In this document: positions 63,476 to 64,000 of the stretch, in pieces | Layout of the letters: every line of letters begins with the position of its first letter | Position numbering within the stretch: position 1 is the first letter of the stretch | NCBI GenBank assembly: GCA_963729045.1 | Contig: CAVSMN010000009.1 | Location: 160,001-224,000 of the forward strand | DNA length: 64,000 bases | Reading direction: 5' to 3' | Source of the DNA: an uncultured Nitrososphaeraceae archaeon | GTDB taxonomy: Archaea; Thermoproteota; Nitrososphaeria; Nitrososphaerales; Nitrososphaeraceae | Program-made: the position numbers and the translations under genes | The notes under the pieces: model-generated | What the model was told of the DNA's origin: nothing | Database searches by the model: none | Seen by the model: only the letters and a program-made list of their open reading frames with translations

Positions 63476-64000
63476 GTGGATGGAAAAATAGCTAATAAAA
63501 AAATTGCATTGGTAACAGGTGCCAATAGGGGGATAGGATTTGAAACTTGTAAACAACTTTCGCAATTAGATATAACTGTTCTGTTAACCTCTCGTGATCC
63601 TACAAAAGGTGAAGCTGCAGCTAGACAACTAACAGACAAGGGACTAGATGTAATCTTTTTTCAATTGGATGTATCAAATAAAAGTAATATAGAGGATATC
63701 TTTACAAAGATAAAAAGACAATTTGGACGTCTTGATATTTTGATTAACAATGCTGCGATTCTATATGATAAAAATCAATCTACTATTAATGCAGATCTAG
63801 AATTGGTAAGTAAAGCATTGACAACAAATCTATACGGTCCATGGCTTTTATGTCAAGCTTTCATTCCACTGATGGAAAAAAACGGCTATGGCCGTATAGT
63901 TAATGTATCCAGTGGTGCAGCTTCCCTGCATTATATGGATGGTGGAACACCCGCCTATGGTATATCAAAAGTTGCACTTAATGCCTTGACTAGAAAATTA
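63476..64000 (+). CDS. short-chain dehydrogenase/reductase, carbonyl reductase-like (runs off the window)
   Basis: GTG start; KIALVTGANRGIG, LDILINNAA, VNVSSG, YGISK. Confidence 0.92.
   Translation, partial: MDGKIANKKIALVTGANRGIGFETCKQLSQLDITVLLTSRDPTKGEAAARQLTDKGLDVIFFQLDVSNKSNIEDIFTKIKRQFGRLDILINNAAILYDKNQSTINADLELVSKALTTNLYGPWLLCQAFIPLMEKNGYGRIVNVSSGAASLHYMDGGTPAYGISKVALNALTRKL

Overview
AT-rich chromosomal window from an ammonia-oxidising archaeon (Nitrososphaerota). The gene content and style suggest Nitrososphaeraceae, possibly Nitrosocosmicus; this is inference. The centre holds the replication-origin region: orc1/cdc6, an intergenic oriC with ORB repeats, three uncharacterised putative DNA-binding genes, GGGP synthase and both PolD subunits. 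Further on are ferredoxin, cbiE, acs, cdvA, thyX and fen1. There are two tRNAs (Val-TAC, Thr-CGT). The flanks are accessory and partly decayed: DpsL-like ferritin, pirin/HxlR, a PQQ-dehydrogenase-cupredoxin fusion, esterase, VIT1, Hel308, a Zn/Mn ABC unit without ATPase, cytochrome P450, ureohydrolase, macrodomain and SDRs. Four signals stand out. (1) The origin-flanking module has three separate clusters of short motifs (GTTAA, GTGAT, TGATCGAA), each beside its own putative DNA-binding gene, one predicted membrane-anchored. (2) A winged-helix cassette is triplicated near-identically next to the cdc6 3' end. (3) An unannotated histone-H1-tail-like (KAT)n/TPVK reading frame lies at about 57.1-57.4 kb. 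(4) An unannotated 31-aa zinc-ribbon microprotein follows cbiE. Many single-base frameshifts suggest uncorrected sequencing indels, so pseudogene calls are tentative. All product calls come from motif recognition by eye, not database searches.
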